Below, in pieces: positions 59,830 through 64,000 of a stretch of DNA of 64,000 bases. Position 1 is the first letter of the stretch. Every line of letters begins with the position of its first letter. The translations under genes were made by a program, and so were the position numbers. Under the pieces are notes generated by a model that did no database searches, was not told the origin of the DNA, and saw only the letters and a program-made list of their open reading frames with translations. The stretch comes from Lama guanicoe (lineage: Eukaryota), in assembly GCA_013239625.1 (NCBI GenBank), contig MU056898.1, positions 2,013,717-2,077,716 of the forward strand, read 5' to 3'.

Positions 59830-61030
59830 TCGTCTGTGCAGACCTGGTGGGGGCGGGCGGTGGCTGCGGGGCTGCGGGGGAGGGGAGGCCGCCGCTGTGG
59901 ACACCCTAGGTGGCTGCGGGGCTGCGGGGGTGGGGAGGCCGCCGCTGTGGACACCCTCGTGCGCGTCTGCGTGGACACACGTTCTCGTTTCCCTTGGATG
60001 GGCTCCTAGCGGAGGAATTTCTGGGTCGTATGCTAACTTCATGTCTGACTTTTTAGGAAACCACCCAACTGTTTTCCGAAGCGGCTGCACCGTGCACACT
60101 GCCCGCCGCGCTGCACAAGCGCCCGTTTCTCCACGCCCGCGCTGGTGTTCCGTGCCATCTGTCCTCTGATTGCAGTCGCTGTGTGGGTGCGTGGGGGAAT
60201 CTGGTGGTGGTGGTGTTTGCATTTCCCTGATGACTGCTGAGATCGGGTGTCTTTTCATGTGCTTCTTAGCCGTTTGTACAACTTCTTCGGCAAAATGTCT
60301 GTTCAGATCTTTTGCTCACTTTTTGAGTCCTGGTCTTTGTGCTGTTGAGTTTCAGGAGCTCTCTGTCTGTTCTGGATACGAGCCCCTCATCAGATGCATG
60401 GACTGCAGGTGTCTTCTCCCAGTCTGTGGTTTGGGCATTTCATTTTCTGAACGGTGTCTTTTAAAATCCAATTAATCAACTTTTTTGTTTCGTGAATCAT
60501 GCGTTTGTTGTCATATCTAAGAAATCTGTGCCTCACCCGCATCAGTGAAGACTTTCTCTTAGAAGACGTTTTCTTCTGAAAGTGTTTCATTGTTTCAGCT
60601 CTTCCATTTAGGTCTGTGATCCATTTTGAGCTACTTTTTGTGTGTGGTGTGAGGTAGGGGTCTAAGGTCATTTTTCTCATGTGGATTTCCAGCTGTCCCA
60701 TCACCATTCGTGGGGAAGGCTGTGATTCCTGCAGTGACCTGTCCTGGAACTTGGTCAAAACTCAACTGACCATAAATGTGGGGGTTTGTTCCTGGGCCCT
60801 CAGCTCCGCTCCGCTGGCCTGTGTGCCACCTCGTCACCCCGATGCTGCAGTCTCGATGACTGTGGCTCCGCAGTCAGCTGTGAAATCAGGCCGTGGAAGC
60901 CCTCTCCCGCTTTGTTCTTCTCTTTCAGAACCGTCTGGGCTATTTTAGGCCCTTTGCATCTCCATATGAATTTCAGATAACTTTCTATTTAAAAAGTCTG
61001 CATTGAGTTTATAGATCAGTTTGGTGCAGA
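59830..61030 (-). mobile_element. Old antisense L1 (ORF2 3' part and 3'UTR)
   Basis: Minus-strand LDPYLTPHTKSSSKWITDLN, TNPHIYGQLSFDQ and LAYDPEIPPLGAHPRE motifs. Confidence 0.85.
59859..59957. repeat. 50-bp tandem duplication (2 copies, 1 mismatch)
   Basis: ggtggctgcggggctgcggggg(a/t)ggggaggccgccgctgtggacaccct twice. Confidence 0.92.
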
Positions 61031-62064
61031 ACCAGCATCTTGCCAGGATCGAGGCTTCTAAGTCCTGGACGAGCCGCCTCCCCGTTCACCGAGCTCGTTC
61101 ACTTCTCGGCGGTGCTCTGCTGTCTTCCGAGGGCACGTCTTGCACTCTTATTGGCGAATGGACCCTCCTCTGTCTCATGCCTGGTGGTGCTCTTGTGGAG
61201 AAGATAGCACCTTCGCAGGGCGAGCCGGCTGTGGCCAAGGACAGTGTGGTTGTGAGGGTCTCTGGGGGGTGGGCCTCAGGGAGGGAGGGGCGGGGCCCAG
61301 CGAGGAGGGAGCCGGTGTCCTGCACCAAGACAGCCTCTGGGGCCGAGGGCTGGGCGGGGCACACAGGGCTCTGGGTTTGGGGCGTGGGCTCCAGCTCCTG
61401 AGGCCTTGGGGGACCATCTGTCAGTCACGACCAAGTGTGTTACCTCCACTCTGGGAGCCGGGTGAGGTCTCTGAGCTGGCTTTTCATTGGTGAGGCGTGT
61501 TCACTGACTTCTGCAAGAGGCCTCTGGGACTAGTCGGGAACAGTTATTCCGAGGCAGGCTCGGCGGGCGCGAGGTGCCCCCGCCACCCCCTCCTCCGGGG
61601 AGGGCACCGCCCTGAGCTGCGGGGGGCGCACGAGCCCGCCGCGGGGGTGGGGGGGTTCAGGTCGCCCGTGCGGGGTCAGCGCACCCGGTGTGGTGTTGGC
61701 GCTCCCCTGTCCTGCTGGTTTGTCCTTTGTCCTTTTAAAGGTGCGTTTCGGATTCGCAGTCGTCGGGAAGAACGGCACTCTCTCTTCTCCTCAGGTTCAA
61801 AGTGTGTCTGAAGCATTCCAGCCAAACGCGCCGTGAAACCGCCGCCCGGGCTGAGAGCGGAGGGGCTCCGCGGTGCGGAGAGCGGCCCGCCGCGCCGTGG
61901 GGCCCTGCGCTGCGCACAGCCCGCTAACGGGCTCTCAGGTTTTGCCTGTCTCAGACCTTTGTGTAAATGGAGGCGTTCTGTTTGTATTCCTGTGTGTCTT
62001 ACTTTTTGTTCAATACCATGTTTTGAGATTTGTGAATAGTGAAGAATGTAGCTGTAGTTCATTT

Positions 62065-62460
62065 TTTTTCTTGAGATGAAAGTCACATAACATAAAATTC
62101 ACCGGTTTTAAAGTGAACGGTTCGGTAGCATCTCGTCCATCAGCACGCTGTGCAGCCGCCGCCTCCATCCGGTTCTGCGACGTGAGCGCCGCCCTGGAGG
62201 GAGGCCCCGTGCCCTTCACGGTCACTCCCCACCCCACCCACTGGCCACAGATCTGCTTTTTGTCTCTGTGGTTTTGCCCTTACTGCCTGCTTCACACAAA
62301 CGAGGTCATTCACTACGTGCTCTTTGGTGTCTGGTTTCTGTCATTTAACACGGTATTTCCGAGCCTCGCTGGTCTCCTAACACGTGTCAGAACTTCATTC
62401 CTCTTTGTGGTTGAGTCGTGGTCCGTTGTATGGGTGGACCACCTTTTGTGTATCCATCAT
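62065..62460 (-). mobile_element. L1MB-type 3' end, antisense
   Basis: ttgagatgaaagtcacataacataaaattcaccggttttaaagtgaac. Confidence 0.8.
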
Positions 62461-62479
62461 AGTCATAAAAACGCTCAGA

Positions 62480-63990
62480 AAAACGGGAATGGAGAGGAAC
62501 GTCCTCAGTTAGACAGGGGAGGCCTGCAAACCCCATGGCTGGCATCATTCTTGACAGCGGGAGACTAGAAGCTTCCCCACTAGGATCAGGAACAGGGCAA
62601 GGGTGTCCCCTCTCGCCACGGCTTCTCAGCTTCGTACTGGACGTCCTCGCTGGTGCAATGAGACAAGAAGAGGAATACAAGGTGTACAGCTTGGAGAGGA
62701 GAAGTTCAACTGTCTTCAGCGTTTCCGTGGAGACGCTCCCAAGGCATCTGCAGGAATTCCTGGAGCTGATCTGTGAGTTCGATCAGATAGTCTGCAAGAT
62801 TAGCACACAAACGTCGATCCCGCTTCCACGTAGTGACGATCAACACGTGCAAACCGACTAAAGGAGGGCACCCCTGCAGCTACCCCAAGTAGAAGGAGAG
62901 GCTTTTGTACAAGCTTAGCCCACGCAGGACGCTTGAAACGGCAAAACGCTGATGCGAGGAATCAAAGAAACCTCACGGTGGAGAGCCTCGGGGTCACGGA
63001 TCCGAAGCCTCGCCGTAGCAAGATGCCAGTCCTCCCCAGATCAGTGTTCAGGCTTAATGCGGCCGCTACCAGTGATCTCAGCAGGTTTTCTGGGTGGCTG
63101 TCCCAAGCTCATACCAAGACTTACGTGGAAAGATACAGGACCTGGAATGGCCGGGTCCACACTGGAAGGGACCGCCGGGGGGGCTCGCTCTGCTGAGTTA
63201 GCTGATTGCCGAGCCGCAGCGATCGAGACGCGACGCGTACTCAGCGGGACAGGACAGGGAGTCCGGAAACAGACCCACAGGATGCGCCCAGCTGGCGTCT
63301 GACGAACGTGTGAGAACTGCTCAGTGGAGGAAGGATAGTCTTTTCCTGCAGACAAGCTGGCGCAGGTGGAGTCGCTGGCCAACAAACGAACCTCGGTCTC
63401 CATCGCGTCTTACTGAAACGTCAGCTCCAAGCGAGTCCCAGACGATGTGAACTGTAGCGCTTCTGGGGAAGCCCAGGAGAGAACCTCTGGGCCTGGGACT
63501 GGGCAGGAGCAGCGAGTCCTCAGGCTCAGCCTGAGCCGAAGAGGGAGGATGGGTAACTCGGGCCCGTCCAGGTTTAAAGCACCTGCTCTTCGAAAGGCCC
63601 TGTGAAGAAGGGGAGAGACAGCCTGCAGGCCGGGGGGAGGCGTTCAGACCACGCTCCTGAGCAAGGGCCAGTGCCCAGCACAGGAAGGCCTCTCGTGACG
63701 CAGCAGCGGCAGCGGAGATGCCTGACCGGAGAGGAAGCTCAGTGGAGGACGGGCACGTGAGGGGAGGCGCCCTCCTCAGCGGCAGGGGGGCCCAGGCAAA
63801 GCCCCGAGAGCTGTCCCACAGGGCGGCCGCGGTGAAACCCAGGGCCCCACTGGCGGCCCCGCCGGGGGGCGCAGAGGGACCGGCTCTCCCGCCCTCGCGG
63901 GTGCGAGTGTCCGTTGTCAGAGCCTGGAAAGCAGTCACAGTTCCTCAGGAAACTAGACATGTGACTGCCGCGCGACCTCGCCATCGCACC
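62480..63990 (+). mobile_element. Degenerate sense L1 ORF2 (RT to C-terminus)
   Basis: LEASPLGSGTGQGCPLSPRLLSFVLDVLAGAMRQEEE resembles L1 RT [37 protein letters not shown]. Confidence 0.85.
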
Positions 63991-64000
63991 CCAGGGCGTC

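Overview
GC-rich mammalian genomic DNA, very probably camelid, because a tRNA-derived SINE at 38427-38532 resembles the camelid Vic-1 family. The window holds the head-to-head DNAAF5 (HEATR2) / PRKAR1B locus. DNAAF5 is on the - strand: coding exons 1-11 (19844 down to 1057) are all GT-AG and splice in frame, and the last exons lie left of the window. PRKAR1B is on the + strand: three coding exons (31486-31662, 45838-46008, 47011-47102) are followed by a long intron that runs off the right end. There are two CpG-island promoter regions, about 19.1-20.4 kb and about 30.55-31.0 kb. The introns are full of L1, MLT1, Tigger1, MER, L2 and MIR relics, minisatellites and four N-runs. Nearly all listed ORFs are GC-rich noise. 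I found no convincing new gene system. The most unusual signals are: (1) a telomeric (GGGTTA)4 tract fused by microhomology to an internal L1 ORF2 fragment inside a truncated MIR, resembling a double-strand-break repair scar; (2) a + strand splice donor inside DNAAF5 coding exon 1 that may make a PRKAR1B 5' exon overlap it; (3) an L2-derived REST/RE1-like site; (4) a short inverted templated insertion; (5) strong AT-to-GC drift in old repeats; (6) an Arg-to-His change in the PKA RI-beta inhibitor segment; (7) candidate recursive-splice and poison-exon motifs. Repeat family names and comparisons with human come from my recall of consensus sequences, not from a database search, and repeat boundaries are approximate.
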